A stretch of 37,193 nt of DNA. Source: Flavobacteriales bacterium (GTDB taxonomy: Bacteria; Bacteroidota; Bacteroidia; Flavobacteriales_F; PHOS-HE28). This document shows, in pieces, positions 9,901 through 17,848 of the stretch. A model generated the notes under the pieces. It was not told where the DNA came from, did not search any database, and was given only the letters and a program-made list of their open reading frames with translations. How positions within the stretch are numbered: the stretch's first letter is position 1; every line of letters begins with the position of its first letter. Position numbers and translations under genes: made by a program. Location of the stretch: positions 1 through 37,193 of the forward strand of contig JBKJNF010000254.1 of NCBI GenBank assembly GCA_046596155.1, written 5' to 3'.

Positions 9901-10087
9901 GCCCGCTAACATCGGTCCCTGCACGTTGCTCGTGTTCGATGCACTGGGGCGTACAGCGCGCTCATTGACCTGCACTGATGCCAGTAGTGAAGTGGTGGTG
10001 GACCTCCGCTCCTTCGCTTCGGGTCCATACACGGTCATGCTGCAAGGCACACGTGAAGCGTTGATCACGCGGCTCGTGGTGGACTGA
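6992..10087 (+). CDS. Secreted VPS10/BNR (Asp-box) beta-propeller protein with PKD domain, DSYGDG module and T9SS CTD
   Basis: Signal peptide ending ANA-Q; many SxDGGxTW Asp-box repeats; PKD motif WTWTFDGG...VSLTVAN; GCYTFTISDSYGDG; C-terminal FDALGR...GPYTVML...RLVVD. Confidence 0.88.
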   Translation: MLLDRSLLLVLFTLPFHANAQQWMELMQDPTVNVHEVQAAFNAHWNGRSYERSKGFKMYKRWEWWMEQRTYPTGARPDAGVFNMAVKDAAAMDHLLGAKSNANWQPLGPYTWTNGPQGYNPGNGRVNCTAVDPNNAATIYAGAATGGLWKSTDNGLTWAALFADLPTLGVSGIAIDPANSNVIYCATGDGDGTDTYSIGVIKSIDGGANWSNTGLNWATTSARNTRMLRISSADPQTLFCAANNGLWKTEDGGGVWAKVADGSFNDVEFKPGDPSVVFACGDQFFRSADGGSTFVPVGTGLPAANLVNRMRIAVCAADPLKVYVLCGQELDGGYLGLYRSNDGGVTFTLRSSSPNIFGYSNNGNDSGGQSNYDMALAVDPANMNNVWVGGINVWKSINGGANWSVQSDWVINGQSPYVHADIHSLDVSNGALYCGNDGGLFRSNNAGVTWNDLSAGLQITQFYRLGGSELVPDLIIAGAQDNGMNLWNGTDWTHVMGADGMEGAVAPDDPNIIYGCFQNGGISRSDDGGQTFNNIAFPITEEGPWVTPYVIDRTDPQVVIAGFRNLWRSTDRGDSWTQWTNTGSTRPVRAIAIAPSNSNVVYYCNDNWMRRTLDNGGSWLTASTGLPDAAISSIAVDPGQPLHVFVCLSGYMPGEKAYESTDGGITWTNISGNLPNVPANTIVYKVGSNDGVYVGTDLGVYYTDNTLSNWQPFSQGLPRLAVTELEINEGAGKLRATTYGRGLWQSDLFQPVTASPSAAFAFTATGNCVGDTLLFADASLNAAPGWTWTFDGGTPATSMEATPAVVFNTPGDHLVSLTVANASGPDTYSSVVQVSAEPNRLNITLTFDDYPGETSWTITDDLTAADVASGGPYAGLNAGGTFTDHVCLPAGCYTFTISDSYGDGICCDNGNGSFIVGNPQLGQLASGANFAYTQSASFCLDLSTSTGQYDEGPMLRMRPLEGRGLFLLTLPANIGPCTLLVFDALGRTARSLTCTDASSEVVVDLRSFASGPYTVMLQGTREALITRLVVD

Positions 10088-10146
10088 GGCCCCCTTCTCG
10101 TTCAATTTAATTGAATGATCACCAGCGAGTTGAATGCGTCTAGTCC

Positions 10147-10185
10147 CTTTTTGTCTAACTTTTTATCACTTTTCTTGAACATTTT
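10147..10185. promoter_or_regulatory. Candidate repressor operator upstream of the DUF4397-like gene
   Basis: AT-rich island with imperfect inverted repeat TGTCTAA-N16-TTGAACA and C-TTTT tracts at 10147, 10159, 10169 and 10180 (CATTTT). Confidence 0.4.
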
Positions 10186-10228
10186 GGATCGACTGCTTGT
10201 TCTTTGCGCAATCAACCGACAAAAAACC

Positions 10229-12643
10229 ATGAAATACTCCCGAACCCTCGGACTTTCGGTGGCCCTCCTACTGGTGGGTGCCTCCGCCACAGCGCAGACC
10301 GCCCGTGTGCAAGTGATCCACAACTGTGCTGACGCAGCCGCCACCCAGGTGGACGTGTGGCTGGACAATTCGCTCCTGCTGGACAATTTCGCGTTCCGCA
10401 CGGCCTCGCCCTTCGTAGATGCGCCTGCCGGTGTGCAATTCACAGTAGGCATCGCCTTACCGAACAGCACGATGGCCAGTGATGCGATCTTCCAACAGCA
10501 GTTCACCCTCGCAGACGGAGGTTCGTATGTGATCGTGGCCAGCGGCATTGTCAGCGGCAGTGGTTACATGCCTGCTACTCCGTTCAGCCTGGAGGTATTC
10601 GCCGCAGCGCAGGAATCTGCCATGGTTCCAACCAACACTGATGTGCTCGTGTTCCATGGTTCTACCGACGCTCCTACTGTGGATGTATTCGAGAGTGCTG
10701 TGCTGAACGCCACCGCCGTGGACAATGCGAGCTATGGAGATTTCGCCGGCTACCTCGGCCTGCCAACGGCTGACTACACGCTGCAGGTGCGTACGGCCGA
10801 TAATTCAGCGATCGTTGCGACGTATGCCGCACCCCTCGCAACGCTCGGTCTCGACGGAGCTGCACTCGCGGTGTTGGCCAGTGGTTTCCTGAACCCAGGC
10901 ATGAACAGCAATGGCCCGGCCTTCGGCCTGTGGGTCGCGTTGCCCTCCGGCGGAGCCCTCGTAGAACTGCCACTCGTGGCCAACCCCACAGCGCGTGTTC
11001 AGGTGGTGCATAACTGCGCCGATCTCGCAGCCAGCGTGGTGGACGTGTACTTGAACGACCAACTGCTGATCGACAATTTCGCATTCCGCACCGCCTCGCC
11101 CTTCGTGGACGCCCCGGCCACGATCTCCTTCACGGTGGGTATCGCGCCCGGCTCCAGCACATCCAGCGCCGATGCGATCTACACTCAGGAGCTCACCCTC
11201 GCAGAAGGGGAGACCTACACCGTTGTCGCCAGCGGAATCGTCAGCGGCTCCGGCTACAGCCCAGCCCAACCCTTCGTGTTGAACGCGTTTGCAGGAGCAC
11301 GTGAGTCCGCGAATATGCCCTTGAACACGGATGTGCTCGTTTACCATGGCAGCACCGACGCGCCAACCGTGGATGTGTTCGAAAGCGCTGTGCTGAACGC
11401 CACCGCTGTTAATGACGCGAGCTACGGCGACTACGCCGGATACCTCGAACTGCCCACTGCCGACTACACCTTGCAGGTGCGCACTGCGGACAACAGCGCC
11501 ATTGTGGCCACCTATGCAGCACCCCTGCAGACCCTCGGTCTTCAAGGCGTTGCGCTTACCGTGTATGCCAGTGGCTTCTTGGATCCTGCGGCGAACAGTA
11601 ATGGTCCGGCCTTCGGTCTGTGGGTGGCCCTGCCTGCCGGTGGAGCCCTCGTTGAACTTCCGTTGTTGCAGAACCCAACGGCGCGCGTTCAGATAATCCA
11701 CAACAGCGCCGACCTCGCAGCTTCCACCGTGGACGTATGGTTGAACAACACGTTGCTGATCGACAACTTCGCCTTCCGAACGGCCTCGCCCTTCGTGGAT
11801 GCTCCCGCTACCATCGACTTCAACGTGGGTATCGCTCCGGCGAACAGCACCGCAAGCACCGATGCCATCGCCAACTTCACGTATAACCTCATGGAGGGTG
11901 GCACCTACATCATCACTGCCAACGGTATCGTGAGTGCGACCGGATATAGCCCTGTGCAACCGTTCGACCTCTATGTGAAGGCTGATGCCCGTGTGTCCGC
12001 GAACACGCCCGGAAATACCGATATCCTGGTGTTCCATGGAAGCACCGATGCCCCGATCGTGGACGTTGCTGAGACCGCCGTGCTCGGCGGCGCCACCGTG
12101 GTGAACGACCTGGCATATGGTAACTATACCAACTACCTCGAAGTGCCCGCTGCAGACTACGTGCTGCAAGTGCGCACGGCCGATGGCACCCCGCTGGTGA
12201 GCTACCAGGCCCCCCTGGCCACCCTCGGCCTGGCCAATGCCGCGATCACTGTTCTGGCCAGTGGCTTCCTCGACCCCACGATGAACAGCAACGGAGCATC
12301 GTTCGGTCTGTGGGTTGCACTAGCCTCCGGTGGTGCACTGGTCGAACTGCCCCTAGCTACGGGCGTAAATGAGAACGATGCCGACCTGAACGCCATCAGC
12401 GCATGGCCGAACCCCGCCAACGACCAAGTGAACATCAGCCTCGACGCAGTTCGTGACGTTCGCAGCGCCATCGCCTTAATGGACTTCACCGGTCGGGTGG
12501 CCCTCGAAGTGGGTAGCGTACAGCTTCAGCAAGGTGCTAATCGCCTTGCCATTGATGTAGCAGGCCTGAGCGCAGGTGTGTATCAGTTGAGCATCACCAA
12601 CGAGAACGGTCGCCGCATCCTGCCACTTCAGGTGGTGCGCTGA
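10229..12643 (+). CDS. DUF4397-like repeat protein with T9SS type A CTD
   Basis: Signal peptide ending ATA-Q; ARVQxxHN and HGSTDAPxVDV modules; C-terminal WPNPA...DFTGR...AGVYQL...LQVVR. A-rich leader before ATG 10229. Confidence 0.88.
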   Translation: MKYSRTLGLSVALLLVGASATAQTARVQVIHNCADAAATQVDVWLDNSLLLDNFAFRTASPFVDAPAGVQFTVGIALPNSTMASDAIFQQQFTLADGGSYVIVASGIVSGSGYMPATPFSLEVFAAAQESAMVPTNTDVLVFHGSTDAPTVDVFESAVLNATAVDNASYGDFAGYLGLPTADYTLQVRTADNSAIVATYAAPLATLGLDGAALAVLASGFLNPGMNSNGPAFGLWVALPSGGALVELPLVANPTARVQVVHNCADLAASVVDVYLNDQLLIDNFAFRTASPFVDAPATISFTVGIAPGSSTSSADAIYTQELTLAEGETYTVVASGIVSGSGYSPAQPFVLNAFAGARESANMPLNTDVLVYHGSTDAPTVDVFESAVLNATAVNDASYGDYAGYLELPTADYTLQVRTADNSAIVATYAAPLQTLGLQGVALTVYASGFLDPAANSNGPAFGLWVALPAGGALVELPLLQNPTARVQIIHNSADLAASTVDVWLNNTLLIDNFAFRTASPFVDAPATIDFNVGIAPANSTASTDAIANFTYNLMEGGTYIITANGIVSATGYSPVQPFDLYVKADARVSANTPGNTDILVFHGSTDAPIVDVAETAVLGGATVVNDLAYGNYTNYLEVPAADYVLQVRTADGTPLVSYQAPLATLGLANAAITVLASGFLDPTMNSNGASFGLWVALASGGALVELPLATGVNENDADLNAISAWPNPANDQVNISLDAVRDVRSAIALMDFTGRVALEVGSVQLQQGANRLAIDVAGLSAGVYQLSITNENGRRILPLQVVR
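10301..12370 (+). repeat. Three intragenic tandem repeats of 690 bp (230 aa)
   Basis: ARVQ codons start at 10301, 10991 and 11681; DNFAFRTASPFVDAPA and FGLWVAL recur in all three units. Confidence 0.92.
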
Positions 12644-12666
12644 ACCGCCAATTCCTAATGATGGCG

Positions 12667-12692
12667 CGGGGCCTTCCGGGAGGAGGGCCCCG
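12667..12692 (+). terminator. GC-rich hairpin after the DUF4397-like gene (weak terminator or mRNA stabiliser)
   Basis: CGGGGCCTTCC-ggga-GGAGGGCCCCG; no clear U-tract. Confidence 0.5.
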
Positions 12693-12776
12693 GGTCGTTG
12701 GGGATGGTCCGAACATAAACTACCATCGATCGTTCTTCCGTAAGACATAACACAATCCTAGCTTCGCATCCGTACG

Positions 12777-13676
12777 ATGGGTCCCTACCTCAACAGATTC
12801 AGTATTCGCGACCTCGAGGAGTTCTCCGGTGTAAAGGCCCATACTATCCGTATCTGGGAGCGTCGTTACCGCATCTTGAACCCTGATCGAACAGACACGA
12901 ACATTCGCACCTATGGACTGGACGAGCTGAAGACGATCTTGAATGTCGCCTTCCTCAATCGCTATGGCGTGAAGATCTCCCGCATAGCGGCGCTCTCCGA
13001 GAAGGAGCGTGATCGGTCGGTGAAGGAACTGGCCGAGAAACAAGGGAGCACGGATGATGCGTTGAACGCCTTGAAGCTCGCCATGGTGGGATACGATACC
13101 CAGGGCTTCGAGCGCACCTCGGCCGTCTATCTCGAACGCGAAGGATTCCGCAACATGGTGGAGCGGCTGTACGTGCCGTTGTTGGAATGTATCGGCCTGC
13201 TCTGGCAAAGCAATTCCATCTGCCCCGCACAGGAACACTTCGTGAGCAACCTAGTGCGGCAGAAATTGATCGCCGCGATAGACGGTTTGCGTCCAACAAC
13301 GGCCGGTTCGGGAACCACGCAAGTGCTGTACTTGCCCCAGGACGAGATCCATGAACTAGGCCTGCTCTACGTGCATTACCTGTTGCGGTCCCGCGGTGAG
13401 CGGGTGGTATTCCTCGGATCAAGCGTGCCAAAGGATGACCTGGTACAGGTGGTGGAACAATTCTATGGACCGGTGCGCTTCATTTCCATCTTCACAGCAT
13501 TTCCCCAGAGCGATTCAGTGGCCGCTTATTTGGCCGACTTCCGCAAGGCCATGCCCGACCAACGTGTAAGCTTTCTGGTGACCGGGTCGCGCGTGGTGGC
13601 GGCCGCATTGGAAAGTACACCTCCAGGTGTGGTGGCCAAGGCCAGTTTCAAGGAACTGGTGGCGGATCTGTTCTGA
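12777..13676 (+). CDS. CarH/LitR-like MerR-family regulator with cobalamin-binding domain
   Basis: MerR HTH FSIRDLEEFSGVKAHTIRIWERRY; Wx9EH (WQSNSICPAQEH); ExHxxG (EIHELG). TAGCTTCG -7-like motif at 12759-12766. Confidence 0.9.
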   Translation: MGPYLNRFSIRDLEEFSGVKAHTIRIWERRYRILNPDRTDTNIRTYGLDELKTILNVAFLNRYGVKISRIAALSEKERDRSVKELAEKQGSTDDALNALKLAMVGYDTQGFERTSAVYLEREGFRNMVERLYVPLLECIGLLWQSNSICPAQEHFVSNLVRQKLIAAIDGLRPTTAGSGTTQVLYLPQDEIHELGLLYVHYLLRSRGERVVFLGSSVPKDDLVQVVEQFYGPVRFISIFTAFPQSDSVAAYLADFRKAMPDQRVSFLVTGSRVVAAALESTPPGVVAKASFKELVADLF

Positions 13677-13692
13677 CCGCTAACTTCCCGCA

Positions 13693-14301
13693 GTGCGAAG
13701 CAAAACTGCATCCGTTTTCCTGATCCTGTTGTTCGCGTCATGTGGCACGCAAGTGACCACGCGACATATTCTGGACCAGCATGGTCGTGTGCGGGCGATC
13801 GTGGAGGAAAGAGCAGGGCAGAAGGATGGTCTGGTTACGCACTACACGGCCGATGGCACGGTCCGTCTGTCGGGACGATATGTGCAGGATGTCAGGGAGG
13901 GCTGGTGGACCGGGACCGATGGCGCGGGCCAACTGCTTTCAATGGTGCATTTCGTCCACGGACTGAAGGAAGGACTGCAATGCTATTGGGGCCATCGCGG
14001 AACGGTGACGCGGGTGGAAACATTCGTGCATGGCGAACCCGATGGTGCGCTGATCGATTTCCTGGAGGACGGGCGACCCGCGTTGTGGACGCACAAGGTG
14101 AAAGGCAAAGCCCACGGCGCGCATTATCATTGGTGGTTCAAGGATGGCCGCACCACGTCCGTGCTGATGGGCACCTTCAACAACGACCTATATGATGGGC
14201 GCTGGTCGGAGGCGGATACCACCGGTCACTTATTCTGGCTTGCCGATTATGACCACGGCAGGCTTGTGCGCACCCTAGTGGCCCGGCGCGAAGGCCGTTA
14301 G
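13693..14301 (+). CDS. MORN-2/YwqK-like repeat lipoprotein
   Basis: Lipobox LFASC after a hydrophobic signal; repeated GxxxG-W/Y units (GQKDGLVTHY, VREGWWT, GLKEGLQCYW, GKAHGAHYHW). Confidence 0.75.
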   Translation: MRSKTASVFLILLFASCGTQVTTRHILDQHGRVRAIVEERAGQKDGLVTHYTADGTVRLSGRYVQDVREGWWTGTDGAGQLLSMVHFVHGLKEGLQCYWGHRGTVTRVETFVHGEPDGALIDFLEDGRPALWTHKVKGKAHGAHYHWWFKDGRTTSVLMGTFNNDLYDGRWSEADTTGHLFWLADYDHGRLVRTLVARREGR

Positions 14302-15707
14302 GGCAGCACCTTGCCCGGGTTCATGATACCAAGCGGATCGAATGCTTGCTTCAATGACCGCATCAACGACAATTGTCTTCCGCTGAAGGCAATATCCATG
14401 TACGGCCGTTGAACCAGGCCGATGCCATGCTCACCGCTGAGCGTACCACCCAACGACACGGTCAGTTGGAAGATCTCGCGGATGGCCTTGGGTAGCTCGT
14501 GTTCCCAGAAGGCATCACTAAGGTCGCCCTTGATGATATTGACGTGCAGGTTGCCATCGCCCGCATGGCCGTAGCACACAGAGGTGAAACCGTAACGGGC
14601 ACCAATGGCCTTCACCCCTTCAAGCAACCGCGGCAGCTCGAAGCGGGGCACCACCGTATCTTCCTCCTTGTAGACGCTGTGGGCCTTCACACTAACGGGC
14701 ACGCTCCGGCGCAGCTTCCATAATGCGTCCTTCTCTCCAGTGGTCTCGGCGAATAACACCTCGCCTGCTCCATGCGCCTCCATCACACGGAGGATCGTTT
14801 CACAATCGCGCATCAGCACATCACCATGCCCACCATCGACCTCGATCAACAGGTACGCCCCCGGGGTGGTGCTCACCTGCGTCGGTAGTCCCTCTGTGAA
14901 GCGCATGGTCCACGCGATCGCATCGCGTTCCATGAACTCCAGCGCGCTCGGAGTGATACCGGCACGGAACACGGCACTCACTGCTTCGCAGGCACGTGTA
15001 GGGCTTTCGAAGGGCACCAACATCAGCCGCGTCTCCTTCGGTAGCGGCACCAGTCGCAAGACCGCCTTGGTGATTATCCCCAGCGTGCCTTCACTGCCTA
15101 CCATTAATCGGGTAATATCGTAGCCGGTGCTGTTCTTCAGTGTGTTCGCGCCGGTCCAGATCACCTCGCCATCGGGCAGCACCACTTCCAGGTTCAATAC
15201 CCAATCCCGGGTAACGCCGTACTTCACCGCGCGCGGACCGCCCGCGTTCTCGGCCAGGTTGCCACCGATGGTGCAACTGCCCTTGCTGCTGGGATCGGGC
15301 GGGTAGCACAGGCCCTTTCCTGCGACGGCATCCATTAGGACCTGCGTGATCACGCCGGGTTCCACCGTCACCTGCAAATTGCGTTCGTCGATATCAACGA
15401 TGGCGTTCATACGGTCCAGCGCAAGGCCAACGCCCCCATGAACGCTGAGGGCTCCGCCGCTGAGCCCGGTGCGGCCACCGATGGGGGTTACTGGCACTGC
15501 ATACTGCGCGCAGAGGCGGATGGCCAATGATACCTCCCTCGTATTCCGCGGCCGCAATACGACCTGCGGCGGGTACACCAGGTCCTCGGTTTCATCATGA
15601 CCATAGTGTGCCCGGTCGTCCTCGCCCAAGAGGACGGTATCCGTGGACAGCGCAGTGCGGAGCGCGGTTATAAAGCCTTCCGGAAGTGGTGCACAAGGGT
15701 CGACCAT
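14298..15707 (-). CDS. FAD-linked oxidase, GlcD/D-lactate dehydrogenase family
   Basis: GGRTGLSGGA, YPPDPSS, TIGGNLAENAGG, GSEGTLG, GHAGDGNLH, SGEHGIG and DPLGIMNPGK motifs. Start placed at ATG 15707, 4 nt after a CAACTTCG motif. Confidence 0.92.
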   Translation of the reverse strand: MVDPCAPLPEGFITALRTALSTDTVLLGEDDRAHYGHDETEDLVYPPQVVLRPRNTREVSLAIRLCAQYAVPVTPIGGRTGLSGGALSVHGGVGLALDRMNAIVDIDERNLQVTVEPGVITQVLMDAVAGKGLCYPPDPSSKGSCTIGGNLAENAGGPRAVKYGVTRDWVLNLEVVLPDGEVIWTGANTLKNSTGYDITRLMVGSEGTLGIITKAVLRLVPLPKETRLMLVPFESPTRACEAVSAVFRAGITPSALEFMERDAIAWTMRFTEGLPTQVSTTPGAYLLIEVDGGHGDVLMRDCETILRVMEAHGAGEVLFAETTGEKDALWKLRRSVPVSVKAHSVYKEEDTVVPRFELPRLLEGVKAIGARYGFTSVCYGHAGDGNLHVNIIKGDLSDAFWEHELPKAIREIFQLTVSLGGTLSGEHGIGLVQRPYMDIAFSGRQLSLMRSLKQAFDPLGIMNPGKVLP

Positions 15708-15874
15708 GGTGCGAAGTTGGAACCGTTGTCCATTGGCGCTCCTACGTTCGATCGATTCTTTCCCACAAGAAAGTCCCCTGATCGGGAGGAATTCATACTT
15801 TTTCAATTCATTCCGCTTGGAACGAGGCATCCCATCCAGTGAAGCGGACGTGCTATTACCTGAAAATGGCCATC

Positions 15875-17848
15875 ATGAAGACTCTCCTTCCTCTGCTTTT
15901 GGTATTCTGCCTGTGGATCCCAGCACGGGCCCAGAACATCGGCATCAATGCGGACGGTGCCACGCCCAATGCCAGCGCCTTGCTGGATATCGACGTGAGC
16001 GCCTTGCCGGCCGCTAGCAAGCGCGGGCTGCTGATCCCCCGAGTGGCGCTCACCGCGACCAACGTGGCCGCACCGATCCCCGCCCCGGCGACCTCCCTGC
16101 TGGTATACAATACGGCCACGGCCGGTGTTTCACCCACTAACGTAGTGCCGGGGTTCTATCATTGGAATGGTGCAGCATGGGTGGCGATGCTGAGCGGAAA
16201 TCCGGGCTGGACGGTCCTGGGCAATGCGGGCACATCGCCGGTCGCCAACTTCATAGGCACCACGGATGCTGCGGACTGGGTGATCAAAACAGGAGGCAGC
16301 GCCGCGCTCAACGAACGCATCCGCGTGCTGGCCGGTGGACAGACCGTGATGAACAATACAGGTCTTGGCCTGAACACGAACGATGTATTCTCAGTATATG
16401 CGACGGGCACAACCAATGGCACCACGGCCAATACGACCGCATTAGGCCTGAAGGCGGTGAGCGGTTATTGCTCCAGCACCGGAATAGGCCTCTATGGCAG
16501 CAACACCGGTACAGCGGCGAACTCCTTTGCCATCTACGGAACCGTCCCAGCCACCACCGGTGCCGCCAACGCGATCCGGGGTGAGGCCGCCAGCGTGAAC
16601 GGCGTGGCCATTACGGGCATCACCAACACCAGTGCTGGTGTGATCCCTACCGCGACCAATGCCAGAGGTGTTATTGGCCAGGTGAACGGTACACTGGCCG
16701 GCACGGCGGTAGGCATCGGCGTCCAAGGCATCGCGAACCCCACCATGACCATCGGGGATGCACGCGGCGTGCAGGGTACATCGCCCTCCGATAATGGTAC
16801 CGGGGTGCTGGGCTTTTCAACCACCTTGGCCATCACCGCCTTCCCATCCGGAGTCTACGGCCAGGCCGCCAGTGTATCCGGCACCGGGGTTACCGGGATC
16901 GCCACCTCCGCGCTCACCACGAATAACCCCACGGGGGTGTATGGTCAATCGGCCAGCACCACCGGCTTCGCGGTGGACGGGTTCAATACGACCGCGGCCG
17001 GTACAGGTGTGTTGGGGGAGGGGAACGGCATTGGCGGTACATACCTGACAGCTGGTAGTGGTGGTGCGTTCACCGGCACAGGCACCGGTACATTTTCACT
17101 GGCCACCACGGTGGCCACTGGTACCGGCTTGCTGGCCGTGGGTAACAACCTGGCGGCCTTTGGTAGTCTGGCCGCTGGCGCTGGCGTTGCCGGAAACGGA
17201 CAAAATTTCGGAGTGTATGGCGTCGCCACCAGTAACGCCGTTGGTGCTGTTAACGCACCAGCCCGGGCCGGTGGTTATTTTGTAAGCGGGACCGCCCCAG
17301 CACAATCCTTCACCTACGTGGCCTGCTATGAAGGGGGTGGAACACCGCGCAAGGTGATGGGGAACGGTACGGTCAACACCGTGGTGAAGAACGCTGATGA
17401 TCAATACGTGCTCCTCTCCGCACCCGAAGCTCCGGAGAATCTGTTCGAGGATTTCGGCACCGGCCAGCTACTCAACGGCAAAACGCATATCACCCTCGAT
17501 CCAACCCTGAGCCGGAACGTTCTCGTGAACGACCAACATCCCCTCCGCGTATTCGTTCAATTGCGCGGCGATTGCAAGGGCGTATTCGTGTCCAATGAGA
17601 CCGCTGAAGGATTCGACGTCACCGAACTGCAGGGTGGCATTTCCAATTCCCGCTTCTTCTGGACCGTGGTGGCCAACCGTGCCAACCAATCGTTCGCTGA
17701 TGGCACGAACTGGCCTTTTGCCGAAGAACGATTCGCCCACACCCAAGGTCCGCAGCCCACCATTGTGTCTGGATCAATGAAGCGGGCTCCCGAACGAGCA
17801 CCGGAGCGATCACTAGGACCGACCAGCGTTACAGGGATCGTGCCTTAA
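15875..17848 (+). CDS. Secreted Gly/Thr/Ala-rich fibre-like surface protein with GVxG repeats
   Basis: Signal peptide ending ARA-Q; N-terminal NIGIN...ASALLDI...GLLIPRV...LLVYNT...GFYHWNG module; roughly 15 (G/A)-V/I-x-G repeats; C-terminal APEAPENLFEDFG domain. Confidence 0.8.
   Translation: MKTLLPLLLVFCLWIPARAQNIGINADGATPNASALLDIDVSALPAASKRGLLIPRVALTATNVAAPIPAPATSLLVYNTATAGVSPTNVVPGFYHWNGAAWVAMLSGNPGWTVLGNAGTSPVANFIGTTDAADWVIKTGGSAALNERIRVLAGGQTVMNNTGLGLNTNDVFSVYATGTTNGTTANTTALGLKAVSGYCSSTGIGLYGSNTGTAANSFAIYGTVPATTGAANAIRGEAASVNGVAITGITNTSAGVIPTATNARGVIGQVNGTLAGTAVGIGVQGIANPTMTIGDARGVQGTSPSDNGTGVLGFSTTLAITAFPSGVYGQAASVSGTGVTGIATSALTTNNPTGVYGQSASTTGFAVDGFNTTAAGTGVLGEGNGIGGTYLTAGSGGAFTGTGTGTFSLATTVATGTGLLAVGNNLAAFGSLAAGAGVAGNGQNFGVYGVATSNAVGAVNAPARAGGYFVSGTAPAQSFTYVACYEGGGTPRKVMGNGTVNTVVKNADDQYVLLSAPEAPENLFEDFGTGQLLNGKTHITLDPTLSRNVLVNDQHPLRVFVQLRGDCKGVFVSNETAEGFDVTELQGGISNSRFFWTVVANRANQSFADGTNWPFAEERFAHTQGPQPTIVSGSMKRAPERAPERSLGPTSVTGIVP

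Noticed and set aside
10115-10228. Upstream start extensions in the ORF track (also 4269, 5176, 15830, 15839, 17876, 20139, 28039, 32615, 35116)
   Set aside because: The extensions cross promoter-like motifs or neighbouring genes; the downstream starts give proper signal peptides or family-typical N-termini.
10805-12169. 454-aa antisense ORF within the DUF4397-like gene
   Set aside because: Mirrors the repeats of the sense gene; no independent coding evidence.
10301-12370. Regularly spaced near-identical DNA motifs as a possible CRISPR array or DGR template/variable repeat
   Set aside because: The period is 690 bp and in frame within one CDS; differences are mostly synonymous rather than adenine-specific; no cas or reverse transcriptase gene is present.
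13693-14301. Toxin-antitoxin module suggested by YwqK-like repeats
   Set aside because: No adjacent toxin ORF; the neighbours are a regulator and an FAD oxidase.
15875-17848. Prophage remnant suggested by the tail-fibre-like gene
   Set aside because: The gene has a Sec signal peptide, and no integrase, capsid, terminase or att-like flanks are visible.
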